Source: Minisyncoccota bacterium (GTDB taxonomy: Bacteria; Patescibacteriota; Minisyncoccia; Phycocordibacterales; SW-6-46-9). Taken from it: 64,000 bases of DNA. Below the pieces are notes generated by a model. That model was not told where the DNA came from. It searched no databases and saw only the letters and a list, made by a program, of their open reading frames with translations. Where the stretch lies: contig JBBDRP010000002.1 of NCBI GenBank assembly GCA_040905385.1, forward strand, positions 595,403 to 659,402, in the 5' to 3' direction. Shown piece after piece: positions 9,697 to 20,131 of this stretch (position 1 is the first letter of the stretch; each line of letters starts with the position of its first letter). Position numbers and translations under genes: made by a program.

Positions 9697-10278
9697 TTAG
9701 CGCTCCTCTAATGTTGAGAGTATCGTCCTCACCGTATCAACGTAACCAACCTCATTCGGATCGGAAATATTCGCCGTGGCAACGTATACCTCATCTGAAC
9801 CAGCCGAAAGAATGTAGTAACGTATACCCGAGCCCATCGCCCCTTCGACGACGAATGTATGACCGGTATGATCACTAATCGTTACGCGTTGTGGTTGGGA
9901 CACGCCCTGAAGCCCTTGGGTCTGCTGCTCGTATTCCTGAGTCGCAAACTCCTGGATGGAAAGACCATCCGTCGACTGCGTGTAAATAGTAAGTGTAAAG
10001 CCGCCGGTTACTTCTGTCTGCGGTTCGCTGCCGGGGCCGATCAGCTGCGCCTTTACCCGCCCGGCCTCAACCGCTGTGTCGACCCGGTCCGGATACCGAA
10101 AGGTGAAATCAAAAGCCTCATTTTCGTACCCCTGCCAGTCAGTAGTATCAGGTGCTGCTGATTGTGTAGTAGAGGTGGCCTGATCGAACGTTATTGGTTG
10201 ATCCGTACGCGGCAAGAACCAGATACCGCCAGCCACCACCAGTATTATTAACAATGTAATGAAGAAAGTATGCTTCAT
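9697..10278 (-). CDS. Secreted hypothetical protein
   Basis: TM/signal MKHTFFITLLIILVVAGGIWF; the track start 10371 would overlap the upstream gene. Confidence 0.4.
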   Translation of the reverse strand: MKHTFFITLLIILVVAGGIWFLPRTDQPITFDQATSTTQSAAPDTTDWQGYENEAFDFTFRYPDRVDTAVEAGRVKAQLIGPGSEPQTEVTGGFTLTIYTQSTDGLSIQEFATQEYEQQTQGLQGVSQPQRVTISDHTGHTFVVEGAMGSGIRYYILSAGSDEVYVATANISDPNEVGYVDTVRTILSTLEER

Positions 10279-10318
10279 ATCTCTATAAGTTACATCTTGA
10301 TAATAACACAAAGCCTGG

Positions 10319-11479
10319 TTATCGAATGACGGTTGTACGTTCAGGATAACCTCCTGATTGAGACACATCAATAATATGAAAATTCCTTCGACTGATTATA
10401 CGACCGTCAGATGACTCCACAGTTACACGCCAGCGGCCCGGAAATACATTATGCTTCAGTGTATATCCGCGATACCCCTCATCCCGACCACCACGCAGAG
10501 GGAAACTGATTCGCCCAGCGTCAATCCAGGATCTACTCTCCCTATCAAAGTACTCCCAATGATGTGCAATCGAAAGTGTGAGATCCGTCGGAGCAAACAC
10601 GGATGAGAAAAAGTAAACGGGCTCTCCAGAACGTAGATGTATCTGATCCGGCACAAACGGCACCCATTCGGTCAGAAAATCATTGACTTGCGTATCATCC
10701 GGGATCTGAAGCTGGTACTGGTAATCATTGATCCGTTCAACCGAGTACGCAAGCTGGGTCTCCTGTATCGATAATGGTAGTGGCGGCAGCACCGCCGTAA
10801 AGTAAAAAATATTCATCAGTGCGAATATACCAAACACTGTTGAGAAAACAGCTGCTCTACACCCTTCCAGTAGATCCGGCGCCAGCCAACTCAGCCAGTA
10901 TATGTACAGAAAAATAAGAAGAAGGCTAAGAAGACCAGAAAGTATAAACATAATGCTCCCCATCTCCAAAAAAATAATCGGAAGAAAAAAGACGGAGAAG
11001 AGAAATACACAAAAGAAAAGAATTCCGACCTGCACAGAGAGCTTCTGATACGTATCACGAAACAACTCATTACCAATCGCTAGACCTACGAGGAGAAGAA
11101 TAAAAATCCAGCTAACCATAAAGGATCCAGCCTGGGAGTACAGCACCAGAAATACACTGAAAAGTCCTCCAAGGGCAAACTGAATGATAAATGGCGAGGT
11201 CAGACGCAGCCACATCAAGAGCTGCTCGCGACGAACATTTCCTACCGGCGCGGTCAGGCGACCACTGTCATACAGCTGCATTACTGCAATGGCGGCTGCG
11301 GCAATCAACATATACACAATAAGGAGAATGTTCTCGTACAGCCGATCAATCCGCGTCACCGTTAGTAAGTCAAAAATAAATCCACTCAGCAGCGCCAGTG
11401 GTAGTAATCGTCTTTCGTTTTGTATGTACCAGTCCTTCAGCGCCACTATGCGCTCTGATTGGATAATTTTATTCATCAT
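10319..11479 (-). CDS. Polytopic membrane protein with a C-terminal extracytoplasmic domain
   Basis: At least 8 predicted TM helices. Confidence 0.45.
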   Translation of the reverse strand: MMNKIIQSERIVALKDWYIQNERRLLPLALLSGFIFDLLTVTRIDRLYENILLIVYMLIAAAAIAVMQLYDSGRLTAPVGNVRREQLLMWLRLTSPFIIQFALGGLFSVFLVLYSQAGSFMVSWIFILLLVGLAIGNELFRDTYQKLSVQVGILFFCVFLFSVFFLPIIFLEMGSIMFILSGLLSLLLIFLYIYWLSWLAPDLLEGCRAAVFSTVFGIFALMNIFYFTAVLPPLPLSIQETQLAYSVERINDYQYQLQIPDDTQVNDFLTEWVPFVPDQIHLRSGEPVYFFSSVFAPTDLTLSIAHHWEYFDRESRSWIDAGRISFPLRGGRDEGYRGYTLKHNVFPGRWRVTVESSDGRIISRRNFHIIDVSQSGGYPERTTVIR

Positions 11480-11499
11480 AACAAGCTATTGATAGGAGA

Positions 11500-12168
11500 T
11501 TACAGTTGGCAAACAGGAACACACTGCGACGTGCATATCTCGGCGTTTTCCTGGTGTCGACAAGCCGAGGTACACTCCTGGAAATTTCCATCCTGCTGGC
11601 TGCACCACTGGCGAGATATATACTCACACTCCTTAGACTCAGCAAGCCAGGTACCACCGGCCGCACTGCAGGAGTTAGCCACTCCAACATCGTCTGGATT
11701 CGAGTCAGTAGTAGCCGGTGCCTCGGGTGTTACTGGCACAGCGGGATCCTGACTCAGCAGCACCAACAACGCGTCTACATCTTGGTTGGTAGTAACGTTT
11801 ACCTCTAGTCGTTCAGCGGTGTTATGAAGTAGCTGCACCAACCCCGCATCGGTTACGGTAGCGTCGGCTGATGTCTGCACCCCGGCTTCATTTAGATCCC
11901 CACGCGTCTGAGCACCTTCAAAATCCTCGGCGACCAATCCAGGATAGACATCCATGTACATCAACTGCTCCAGCCCCTCGATCGGATGGCCATCAAGTCG
12001 GTTCAACGTCTGCTGCTGGATCATATCCACAAAGTAGCGCTCGGATGGGGTAAAGGAGAGATCCTCAGGTTCGTCTAGAGAATCAGACCCCGCTGCCACA
12101 ATTAAAAGTGACAGGATCGCCAATACGACCAGCGACAGGATGATAATTATTTTTCGATTTAGCTGCAT
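11500..12168 (-). CDS. Secreted protein with a Cys-rich C-terminal tail
   Basis: Signal/TM IIIILSLVVLAILSLLIVAAG; C-terminus carries 10 Cys in 55 aa. Confidence 0.4.
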   Translation of the reverse strand: MQLNRKIIIILSLVVLAILSLLIVAAGSDSLDEPEDLSFTPSERYFVDMIQQQTLNRLDGHPIEGLEQLMYMDVYPGLVAEDFEGAQTRGDLNEAGVQTSADATVTDAGLVQLLHNTAERLEVNVTTNQDVDALLVLLSQDPAVPVTPEAPATTDSNPDDVGVANSCSAAGGTWLAESKECEYISRQWCSQQDGNFQECTSACRHQENAEICTSQCVPVCQL

Positions 12169-12217
12169 TAGCTACACCTTAGCATATAAATAACGCAGCT
12201 CCATAACCAAGATATAG

Positions 12218-12246
12218 TTGACATTTAAAGTACTAATACGTATAAT
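12218..12246 (+). promoter_or_regulatory. Consensus sigma70-type promoter TTGACA-17-TATAAT
   Basis: TTGACA at 12218-12223, 17-nt spacer, TATAAT at 12241-12246, 38 nt upstream of the ATG at 12285. Confidence 0.6.
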
Positions 12247-12284
12247 AGTTGCAGATAAAATCCCAACATTAAAAATCGAATATT

Positions 12285-12803
12285 ATGAGTAAAGACACAA
12301 AAACCATCTGGTTATTTCGCGGACCTGCACCCGATGTGTATGTAAACGCATATGAAGAAGAGACTCTTGAAAAAGTAGAAAACGAACGATCCATGTCAGT
12401 CAAGAGTGCCGTGGAGGGTATAAATCTAACCAAAAAATATTTACTTAGATTTAACCGGGTAATACTCGCCGGAAACACAAGAACAGAACAATGGGCTAAT
12501 ATTCTTTTGATAAATTCGGATAAACCACTTAGTAGTACTATGTACAACATAATGCCAGAAAGTGACCTGATTGCACGCATGTGCGTCGAGACAAGCAGAG
12601 AACATATTCTTGTTGTCTTTGGCAGAGAGCTAATTATAAACACCGCAGTCAAAATTACACAGGACCTCACAATTCGAAGCATTGATCTAGACTTCTGCGA
12701 GGGAATTAGAATCAATCTCCCCAACGGAGACTTTGAAAAAATCTCGCCAAATGCGAGGAAAAAATCACTTCATAATACTAACCCAAGCAGCCAGAATCAT
12801 TAG
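12285..12803 (+). CDS. Hypothetical protein (orphan plus-strand gene in a minus-strand context, AT-rich)
   Basis: 172-aa ORF with a perfect consensus promoter upstream and a hairpin terminator overlapping its stop. Confidence 0.45.
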   Translation: MSKDTKTIWLFRGPAPDVYVNAYEEETLEKVENERSMSVKSAVEGINLTKKYLLRFNRVILAGNTRTEQWANILLINSDKPLSSTMYNIMPESDLIARMCVETSREHILVVFGRELIINTAVKITQDLTIRSIDLDFCEGIRINLPNGDFEKISPNARKKSLHNTNPSSQNH

Positions 12804-12820
12804 ATTCCGGCTGCTTTTTT
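12785..12820 (+). terminator. Intrinsic terminator (AAGCAGCC...GGCTGCTT + T6)
   Basis: Stem 12785-12792/12809-12816; the stop codon lies in the loop. Confidence 0.55.
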
Positions 12821-12881
12821 ATACCTATATTTTATTGAAAAAATTAAGAATTTTTTTATATAATTAATTATATAAAAACTA

Positions 12882-13793
12882 CTACTGACTGTAATGGTCA
12901 AAAAGTGCCTTCACCCCAGCCAAATTACGACTCCACTCAATACTGTTGCGTGTCTCTAGCTCTACCGTCACGGCCGGGATCCCAATCGATGCCAGCCAGC
13001 CTTCAACATCACCCGTAATCGGATAAGCGTCAAAGGAAGCAACCGCATTATAACCTGCCGCCCTGGCGTAGGTATTCATGACCTCCATCGTCGCCGGCAG
13101 GACGCCGCTGTTGCATTCTGATCCGTACACCGTATTAGCCTGACTGTGCCAGAAGACGGCGGCCGTGATTGTCTGCTCCTGGACAAAGTCGCGAATAGCT
13201 CGCGCCTCCGGTTCCGAGAATACCCCGCTGCCGGCACTCACCATCTGTCCGCGCCAGGAGCTTTCTGGTGCCCAGTTACAGTCAAAGTTACGGTTCAGAT
13301 CAACACCGTTGGCATTAAACCTCCCCGTTCCGTCGTACACTAAATCTGCCGGAACCTCGACGGCCATAAAGCGACCTTCCTTTCCGATCACGTCATACAG
13401 GCCGTCCGGGTTAGCCGACGGAATGATTGTGACCGTTATATTAGCCGGAATTTCATCGGGATTTGCCTGCAAGTAATCCATCATGTTGTAGGCAAGTAGG
13501 ACACTGTTCCATTCGTACCCACCATGGATGCCACCCACAAAGAGCAGATGCGTCGGACCGCTGCCGTAGGTAAACGCCTGGATCTGGCGACCTTCTACCG
13601 AGGTGCCAACAACTTCATGATCCACCACAGCGGTGGTTGTTGCCACAGCTGGATCCGTTGAGGTAGCCGGATACCCCTGATCCAGCGATGATGCAGGGCC
13701 ACCAGAGAAAACGCCAAGTATAAACAAAGCAACCCCGACTGCTGCCGCAATCAGGATTGCAATTAATACATATCGTAAGACGCTGGGTGACAT
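12882..13793 (-). CDS. M14-family zinc carboxypeptidase (gamma-D-glutamyl-DAP peptidase-like), secreted
   Basis: VGGIHGGYEWNS, NGVDLNRNFDCNW, FWHSQANTVYGSEC motifs; N-terminal TM. Confidence 0.7.
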   Translation of the reverse strand: MSPSVLRYVLIAILIAAAVGVALFILGVFSGGPASSLDQGYPATSTDPAVATTTAVVDHEVVGTSVEGRQIQAFTYGSGPTHLLFVGGIHGGYEWNSVLLAYNMMDYLQANPDEIPANITVTIIPSANPDGLYDVIGKEGRFMAVEVPADLVYDGTGRFNANGVDLNRNFDCNWAPESSWRGQMVSAGSGVFSEPEARAIRDFVQEQTITAAVFWHSQANTVYGSECNSGVLPATMEVMNTYARAAGYNAVASFDAYPITGDVEGWLASIGIPAVTVELETRNSIEWSRNLAGVKALFDHYSQ

Positions 13794-13798
13794 AAGGT

Positions 13799-14737
13799 TT
13801 AGTTAGCGTAAAAGTCGAGTACGGCCTCGAGTCCGGCCTGGTTACGACTCCACTCAACATCCTGATGATTCGTAAGAAGCACGCTAATTGCTGGAATGTC
13901 CTCACCAGCCATCCAGTTCACCATATCTCCGTTTATAGGATATGCCGTAAACTCACCCTCAGCAGCGTATCCAGAGGCTGAGGCATATAGATTCATCAAC
14001 TCAATAGACTGGGTCGAAACCGGACCATCACAGCTGGATGAGTAGACACCACCGGCTGCGCTGTAAAACACCACGGCTGCATCTGGATTATTGGCTCTCA
14101 CATAATCACGAATTGCCTGAGATTCTGGCTCCGAAAACGGATCCTCACCACCACTGACAGTTCGTGTCTGCCAACTGCTTTGGCTCTGCCAGTTACAGTC
14201 AAAGTTACGGTTCAGGTCTACATTATTAGCATTGAATCGTCCAGGAATCGTCTCGCTCAGTGATGGCATATCGGCGGCGGTAAAGTCATCTCCTGTTGTG
14301 CCAGCAATCCGGTACAGTCCGTCTGGATTAAGAACCGGAATCACCGTCACGGATACATTGCTCGGCACGACACTCGGGTTGCTTTGGAGGTAATCGATAA
14401 TATCGTAGGAAAGCAGTGTGGTGTTGAACTCGTATCCACCATGGATACCGCCCACAAAAAGCAGCTCTGTCTCTCCGTCACCGAACTGATAGGCGGTAAT
14501 ATCCCGCCCATCTACGGACGTACCAATGACCGTCTGATTCGAGGCTGTGGTTGCTTCTTCATCAGTCTCGGTGGTCGTTGCTGATTCATCGGTTGACGTA
14601 GCTGGCGTATCGGTCGCCATCTCCTGGTCAGAGTCATCCGAAGCCACAAACTCTGACGAATCGCTAAACAGGTAGTACGCACCAACTCCAACGAGCAGCA
14701 GAACTATAATTGTAATAATTGATTTTGTGTTTTTCAT
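13799..14737 (-). CDS. M14-family zinc carboxypeptidase paralog (tandem duplicate)
   Basis: Same motifs (VGGIHGGYEFNT, NNVDLNRNFDCNW); about 45% identical to its neighbour. Confidence 0.7.
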   Translation of the reverse strand: MKNTKSIITIIVLLLVGVGAYYLFSDSSEFVASDDSDQEMATDTPATSTDESATTTETDEEATTASNQTVIGTSVDGRDITAYQFGDGETELLFVGGIHGGYEFNTTLLSYDIIDYLQSNPSVVPSNVSVTVIPVLNPDGLYRIAGTTGDDFTAADMPSLSETIPGRFNANNVDLNRNFDCNWQSQSSWQTRTVSGGEDPFSEPESQAIRDYVRANNPDAAVVFYSAAGGVYSSSCDGPVSTQSIELMNLYASASGYAAEGEFTAYPINGDMVNWMAGEDIPAISVLLTNHQDVEWSRNQAGLEAVLDFYAN

Positions 14738-14792
14738 GATAGGTCTATTTTAACACGCTGAATATCGCTTCACCATACATTTTTCAAGAGAT

Positions 14793-16358
14793 TTACATAC
14801 CGCCACCTATTGTATAACTTCCACAAACTTGATCCGAATCATTGAATGGAACCTCATCACCTTCAAACTGATTCGTGCCAACACAGTATCCGCTCTGATT
14901 TACCTCAATAATATAACCAGGTCCCTCTCCAGATGGATCTTCGGGAATCTCGTCAATAAAAACACTCTCTAACTCACCACCAGCTGCATCATGACAACTT
15001 TCATAACTACCATCATTAGCATTAGCACAAAGCTCGATGGCTGTACGGATCTGCTGCATATCAGATTGGCGCCGTGCATCTCGTGCATCCTGTCTAGCAT
15101 TTTCAGTAGCTTGTTGACTAAACTCTCCTGGCTCACCAGCAGCACCGCCCATAACGCCACCAAACATTCCGGACATGATTTCCTCTAGTGGTCGAGCATT
15201 TTCAGGTGCGGAAATATCCACCGGTTCATTGTGATCAGAGAAGCTCAACTCGATAAAGCCGTCAATTCCTGTAATGCCCGTGTAGTCTGTCTGGGGAGAC
15301 AGTTCACGTAACTCTTCTGCGGTAAATGATGAATCAATGCGGATCCGTTGGAAAAACAGTGTATCCTCGGCCACCCAGAAGGACAGGCTGTCGGCCACCT
15401 CTTCGATTCGAGCAATCGTCTCTTCGTAGGAAGCCGCCTGCTGCTGGAAGTCCCCATAGGCTGGAGAAGCCGCAAACTCCGGCTCATTCTCCTCGATAAT
15501 ACGCTGTATCTCAGTCAGCAGCGACGGAATAGCTGCGCTGTCAACTGCGATATCGTACCGATAGGCATCAACCCCCGCGTCGGTTCGAACCTGACGAACC
15601 TCCTCAATCGTAAATACATCCGAATCAGCCACGGCCGTAAAAATCTCTCGGTACGTCTCGTCAGATAGCTCAGTCTCGTCTGTCTCTAACTGATTCGGAG
15701 CCGTAAAATTGGAGGCTGGTGATTCTCCCAGTCCAATCCACTGGCCGGCAAATGACTGGAGCGGCAAGAAGGCAAGATTCGGTAGCGCTCTACCGTATAC
15801 GTAGCTTTCACCGGCCACCTGCCGGAACTCAATACCTATTACTTCATCAAGACTGTCAGCACCGACCGAGAAGGAGACGTCGAAGGCCACATCACTCTGT
15901 ACTTCAGTCTCCTGATCATCCGCTAGCGAGGCATTTCCCTCTATTGTGAGCCGTGTTGTTATCTCTTCTGGAATCTCTTCATCGGCAGAGATACCTAGAA
16001 CACTACCAAACAGCTGCCTGAGACTAGCTGCATCCTCTCTCGTTTCAAAGGCAGCCGGATCAAGTCCAATGACTGCTTCCAAAGCAAGCGTTGTCTGTAT
16101 CGTCTCCAGATCACCCTGTGCCTCCATTATTTCTGTAAATGACGGAGCGGAATCAGAATCAACCCCACCGCCAAGCTGTGAGTAAGCAAAAGCGCCACCA
16201 ATCAAAAGCAGTACAATTATCGCCACCGTAGCAACTAGGCTTCCTGCATGATGCTTTTCGGTTGACGGTTCAGGCGATGCAGTGGCCTTATCGTAATGCG
16301 GGTGCGGAATATCTCTGGAATTCTCCGCAGTATCAGGGCTGGTATCTTGATTTTCCAT
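14793..16358 (-). CDS. Membrane-anchored protein with a C-terminal type IV pilin-like domain
   Basis: TM VATVAIIVLLLIGGAFAY; C-terminal ARQDARDARRQSDMQQIRTAIELC resembles the post-TM region RQDARDARRFSDVNQIMIALELY of the pilin at 40178..40726. Confidence 0.45.
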   Translation of the reverse strand: MENQDTSPDTAENSRDIPHPHYDKATASPEPSTEKHHAGSLVATVAIIVLLLIGGAFAYSQLGGGVDSDSAPSFTEIMEAQGDLETIQTTLALEAVIGLDPAAFETREDAASLRQLFGSVLGISADEEIPEEITTRLTIEGNASLADDQETEVQSDVAFDVSFSVGADSLDEVIGIEFRQVAGESYVYGRALPNLAFLPLQSFAGQWIGLGESPASNFTAPNQLETDETELSDETYREIFTAVADSDVFTIEEVRQVRTDAGVDAYRYDIAVDSAAIPSLLTEIQRIIEENEPEFAASPAYGDFQQQAASYEETIARIEEVADSLSFWVAEDTLFFQRIRIDSSFTAEELRELSPQTDYTGITGIDGFIELSFSDHNEPVDISAPENARPLEEIMSGMFGGVMGGAAGEPGEFSQQATENARQDARDARRQSDMQQIRTAIELCANANDGSYESCHDAAGGELESVFIDEIPEDPSGEGPGYIIEVNQSGYCVGTNQFEGDEVPFNDSDQVCGSYTIGGGM

Positions 16359-16490
16359 ACTAAAAATTAGATTATGTGTGTAAATAACGCCTTATGGACG
16401 TATATTCAGCATATCACGAAATATATCGATAGATCGGCACCATGATCTGCGGTCTGCTGATGACTTGCAAAGCCTCCTGGCCCCCGTCAG

Positions 16491-18293
16491 CTACTTATCC
16501 GACTTAAGACGCCTGCCTTCGTCCAGAATCTTTTTTCGCAGCCGTGTGCTCTTTGGGGTTATTTCCAGATACTCATCGCTGGACATGATTTCCAGACCGC
16601 GCTCGATCGTTACCGGCGTCGGTGGGGCCAGGTCAACATTCTCATCCGATCCGCTAGCACGCATGTTGGTGAGATTCTTCCCCTTGGTTGGGTTGACCGC
16701 CATCTCATCACCCTTGGCCACGTTTCCGATCACCATGCCTTCATAGACATTCGTGTTCGGTGAAATGTAAAGCTCACCGCGCTGCTGCAGATTATTAAGC
16801 GCAAAAGCCAGCGCCTTACCGGACGACATCGAGGCCATTGATCCCACCGCGCGACGTGCCACCGCACCTGCATACGGCTTGAAACCAATCATCCGCGATG
16901 AGAGAATTCCGGCACCTTTCGTATCTACCACAAACTGACTACGGTATCCCAGCAGTCCTCGCGTCGGACCCTCAAAGGTCATCTGCACGCGTTCACCCGC
17001 CTGCTTCAGATCCTTCATGATGATTTGTCGGGCAGCCAACTTCTCAATAACCGTGCCCTGTGTCTCGGCCGGCGTATCTACGTTCACCTCCTCGAAAGGC
17101 TCCATCTTCTTACCATCCACCTCCTTCGTAATTGCCTGGGGCTGGGAAATCTGCAGCTCGTACCCCTCACGACGCATATTCTCCAAAAGAATGGCGATGT
17201 GCAGCTCACCACGGCCACGAACAACCATCTTCCCTTCGAGAAAATCAACATCCAGTCCAACATTAACCTCGATCTCCTTCTCCAGCCGCTCGCGGATCTG
17301 TCGGCCAGTTACGTAGTCACCCTCCTGCCCGGCAAAGGGCGAGTCATTTACTAAAAATTCTAGTGCAATCGTTGGCTCATCAATATGAATGGCCGGCAGT
17401 GGCTCGACATCCTCGCTGCCGGCAATTGTGTCACCAATATAGATATCCTCCAGCCCAGCGACCATTACAATGTCACCGGCCGTTGCCTCATCAACCTCGG
17501 TACGCTGAATCCCCTCGAAGGCAAAAAGCTTGGAGATTTTTCCTGGCTGTACACTGCCGTCAGGTTTTTCGACAAACACCTTCATGCCGGCGGCGAGAGA
17601 GCCTTCATACACACGTGCAATTGCCAGCCGACCCAGGAAATTATCATAGGCCAGATTAAACGGCTGTGCCTGTAGATCGGCGGACTCAGTCGAAACATCC
17701 TCTCCAGCCGCCGGTGGTACCTCCTTCAAGATTGTGTCCAAAAGTGGTGTCATATCAACCGGATCATCGGTCGTCTCATACATGGCTGCACCTTCAATCC
17801 CGATTGCATACAGGCTGGTAAACTCCAGCTGTGTCTCATCACCCTCTGTCTCAGCCACCAGGTCAAAGAAAAGCTCCAGCACCTCGTCCTGAACACGGTC
17901 GGGATCAGCCGCCGGCTTATCAATCTTGTTGATCACCACAATCGGCTTCAGCCCAAGCTCTAATGACTTTTTTAGTACAAAGCGCGTCTGTGGCATCGGC
18001 CCCTCCTGTGCATCCACAATTAGGAGTACTGCGTCAATACTGCGCAACACGCGCTCCACTTCCGAGCCGAAGTCGGCGTGTCCTGGTGTATCCACAATAT
18101 TAATCTTGGTATCCTTCCAGCGGACCGAGGTATTTTTGGAGTAAATCGTAATGCCTCGCTCCTTCTCTAGCATATCCGAGTCCATACTCGTATCATCCGT
18201 CACCGCGCCAGTCTGGCGCATGATGGCGTCGGTCAGCGTGGTCTTCCCATGATCCACGTGGGCAATTATGGCAATGTTTCTTATTTCAGACAT
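16491..18293 (-). CDS. typA: Translational GTPase TypA/BipA
   Basis: [24 protein letters not shown] GTPase motifs; 600 aa EF-G-like architecture. Confidence 0.9.
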   Translation of the reverse strand: MSEIRNIAIIAHVDHGKTTLTDAIMRQTGAVTDDTSMDSDMLEKERGITIYSKNTSVRWKDTKINIVDTPGHADFGSEVERVLRSIDAVLLIVDAQEGPMPQTRFVLKKSLELGLKPIVVINKIDKPAADPDRVQDEVLELFFDLVAETEGDETQLEFTSLYAIGIEGAAMYETTDDPVDMTPLLDTILKEVPPAAGEDVSTESADLQAQPFNLAYDNFLGRLAIARVYEGSLAAGMKVFVEKPDGSVQPGKISKLFAFEGIQRTEVDEATAGDIVMVAGLEDIYIGDTIAGSEDVEPLPAIHIDEPTIALEFLVNDSPFAGQEGDYVTGRQIRERLEKEIEVNVGLDVDFLEGKMVVRGRGELHIAILLENMRREGYELQISQPQAITKEVDGKKMEPFEEVNVDTPAETQGTVIEKLAARQIIMKDLKQAGERVQMTFEGPTRGLLGYRSQFVVDTKGAGILSSRMIGFKPYAGAVARRAVGSMASMSSGKALAFALNNLQQRGELYISPNTNVYEGMVIGNVAKGDEMAVNPTKGKNLTNMRASGSDENVDLAPPTPVTIERGLEIMSSDEYLEITPKSTRLRKKILDEGRRLKSDK

Positions 18294-18382
18294 GTATGTT
18301 TTATATTCAATGCATCTTTAAACCCAAAACTATTCGCACCGCCTGCCTGACGGCAGACAGGTAGCCGACAGCTCTAGCTGGC

Positions 18383-18566
18383 GTGGTACCGGGGTGGGCG
18401 ATTATGGCTATTTTCTAATTTCAGACATATAAATGTTATGTTTCCAACTAAATCATCAAACGACCACATCCCGCCGCGCGAAGCTCCTTTGTGCCTCCGA
18501 AGCTTTATGCGAAGGGGTATCGAGCGAAGTGAGGTGGGCTATAATTGCAATGTTTCTAATTTCCAT
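18383..18566. repeat. Two decayed tandem copies (~135-bp period) of the typA 5' end, start codon included
   Basis: Copies at 18393-18428 and 18533-18566, versus the genuine 18257-18293. Confidence 0.6.
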
Positions 18567-18667
18567 AGGTTTTCTATATAAAAGCAAAAGAGCCCTAACC
18601 GTCCAGGGATCTCATGCAGATGCGTGGCGTAGTATAGCACAGAAAATAGCTGAAAAGCTAGAGGAAA

Positions 18668-19549
18668 CTACTCGTCCAAAGCCTTACGTGCCAGCAACGC
18701 ACTTTTCTCTTTATCCTTTATCTCCAGCATAATATCAACATCCAGTCTGGTCTCGCGAATAGTCCGTAAAAATTCACGAAAATGATTCACATCAATATGC
18801 GTACGGTGCTTTCCCTTTCGTTCCTCGGGCTCCTGATCACTGTAATCAATCATCGGAATTCCGTCCTCCTTCTTCCAGGTCTCAGCCACCTCCTGAAGGG
18901 CCGCTTTCTCGTCCTCACCCTCATGCAGGCAGGCGTGATGAAGATTATCAAAAATAATCGGTATGCCGATCTCTTTATGAATCTCCAGACAGTCAGCCAC
19001 CGAATAGGAAACGTCATCATTCTCTATCACGAGCCGGTCCTGGATACGCTCGGGCAGCTTCTGGTACTGGGAGATAAAACGCTCCATAGCAGCTGGCTTG
19101 TCACCATACACACCACCTACATGAATCTGAATCTTGTGTCGACCATCCAGACCGAGTGCGTCCAGAACATCAGCGTGGTACTCGAGATCAGCCACTGCCC
19201 GACCGACCACCTCCTCGTCCTTAGCATTCAGCAGCGTATACTGCCCCGGATGCATCGAGATACGCATATCAGACGCAGATATAATCTCCCTAAGCGTTGT
19301 AAATTTATCCCTAAAATACGTAGCAAAATCAAAATCATGCACAGGATGAGAGCCGAACGGAATCAAATCCGAGGTAATTCGAAAAAAGAGCAGGTCATGC
19401 TCAACATTCCAGAGGAGGATCTTCTCGAGACAGTCCAGATTTCCGGATATCTTTTCTATCAGATACTCCTGGGAGTAGTTAGCCAGCCGAAAGGTTCGGG
19501 ATGGCCGGCAGTCAAATGCGTCATGTATGCATGGATATCCTATCTTCAT
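18668..19549 (-). CDS. uvsE: UV damage endonuclease UvdE
   Basis: MKIGYPCI... TIM-barrel UvdE pattern with conserved His/Glu. Confidence 0.75.
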   Translation of the reverse strand: MKIGYPCIHDAFDCRPSRTFRLANYSQEYLIEKISGNLDCLEKILLWNVEHDLLFFRITSDLIPFGSHPVHDFDFATYFRDKFTTLREIISASDMRISMHPGQYTLLNAKDEEVVGRAVADLEYHADVLDALGLDGRHKIQIHVGGVYGDKPAAMERFISQYQKLPERIQDRLVIENDDVSYSVADCLEIHKEIGIPIIFDNLHHACLHEGEDEKAALQEVAETWKKEDGIPMIDYSDQEPEERKGKHRTHIDVNHFREFLRTIRETRLDVDIMLEIKDKEKSALLARKALDE

Positions 19550-19558
19550 AATAATTTT

Positions 19559-20122
19559 TTACTCCTCACAAACTGCCCACAACCCGGTCCCTTCCTGACG
19601 CGCCGCCTCTTCAGCAGCCCGGAAGCTCTCCTGTTTCTCGTAGCCGTCACCAACTGTAAGCTCGCGCGCATACCCCTCCTCCAGCAGCGTCTGATTGATA
19701 AGCTCGCCATCGAGATACACGTAGGCCAGTCGGCGATCATACTCATCAACCGACGGCTGGCGAGGATCTCCCACCAAGCGCACCGTCTCACCCTCCAGCT
19801 TCCCGACCAAGAAATCCCGTGCCTCCCAGCCGAAACACGCTGCCTCTGGCCGGCCGGAGGCCTCCCAATCAATCTCTGGGGTATCAATACCAATCAAGCG
19901 AACAAAGTCAGACCCAGTCGCCACATCAATATTAATCGTATCACCATCCGTAATACGCCACACCGTTGCTGTCGCCGAGGTGGTTGTTACTACCTCTTCA
20001 TTCGCGTGATCTGCATCAGTATACATCCATCCAAACAGATCCAGTCCCATACCAAGGACAAGCACGGCGGCCACAACCAGCGCACCGATGGCACTGACTA
20101 AGTTTTTCTGCTGTGAGTTCAT
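19559..20122 (-). CDS. Secreted thermonuclease (SNase-like)
   Basis: N-terminal TM; RITDGDTINIDV...RLIGIDTPE; YARELTVGDGYE. Confidence 0.75.
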   Translation of the reverse strand: MNSQQKNLVSAIGALVVAAVLVLGMGLDLFGWMYTDADHANEEVVTTTSATATVWRITDGDTINIDVATGSDFVRLIGIDTPEIDWEASGRPEAACFGWEARDFLVGKLEGETVRLVGDPRQPSVDEYDRRLAYVYLDGELINQTLLEEGYARELTVGDGYEKQESFRAAEEAARQEGTGLWAVCEE

Positions 20123-20131
20123 AGAAATCCT

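Noticed and set aside
18782-20101. 439-aa plus-strand ORF
   Set aside because: It lies entirely antisense to the well-supported UvdE and thermonuclease genes, and its low-complexity Leu/Arg-rich translation is typical of a shadow ORF
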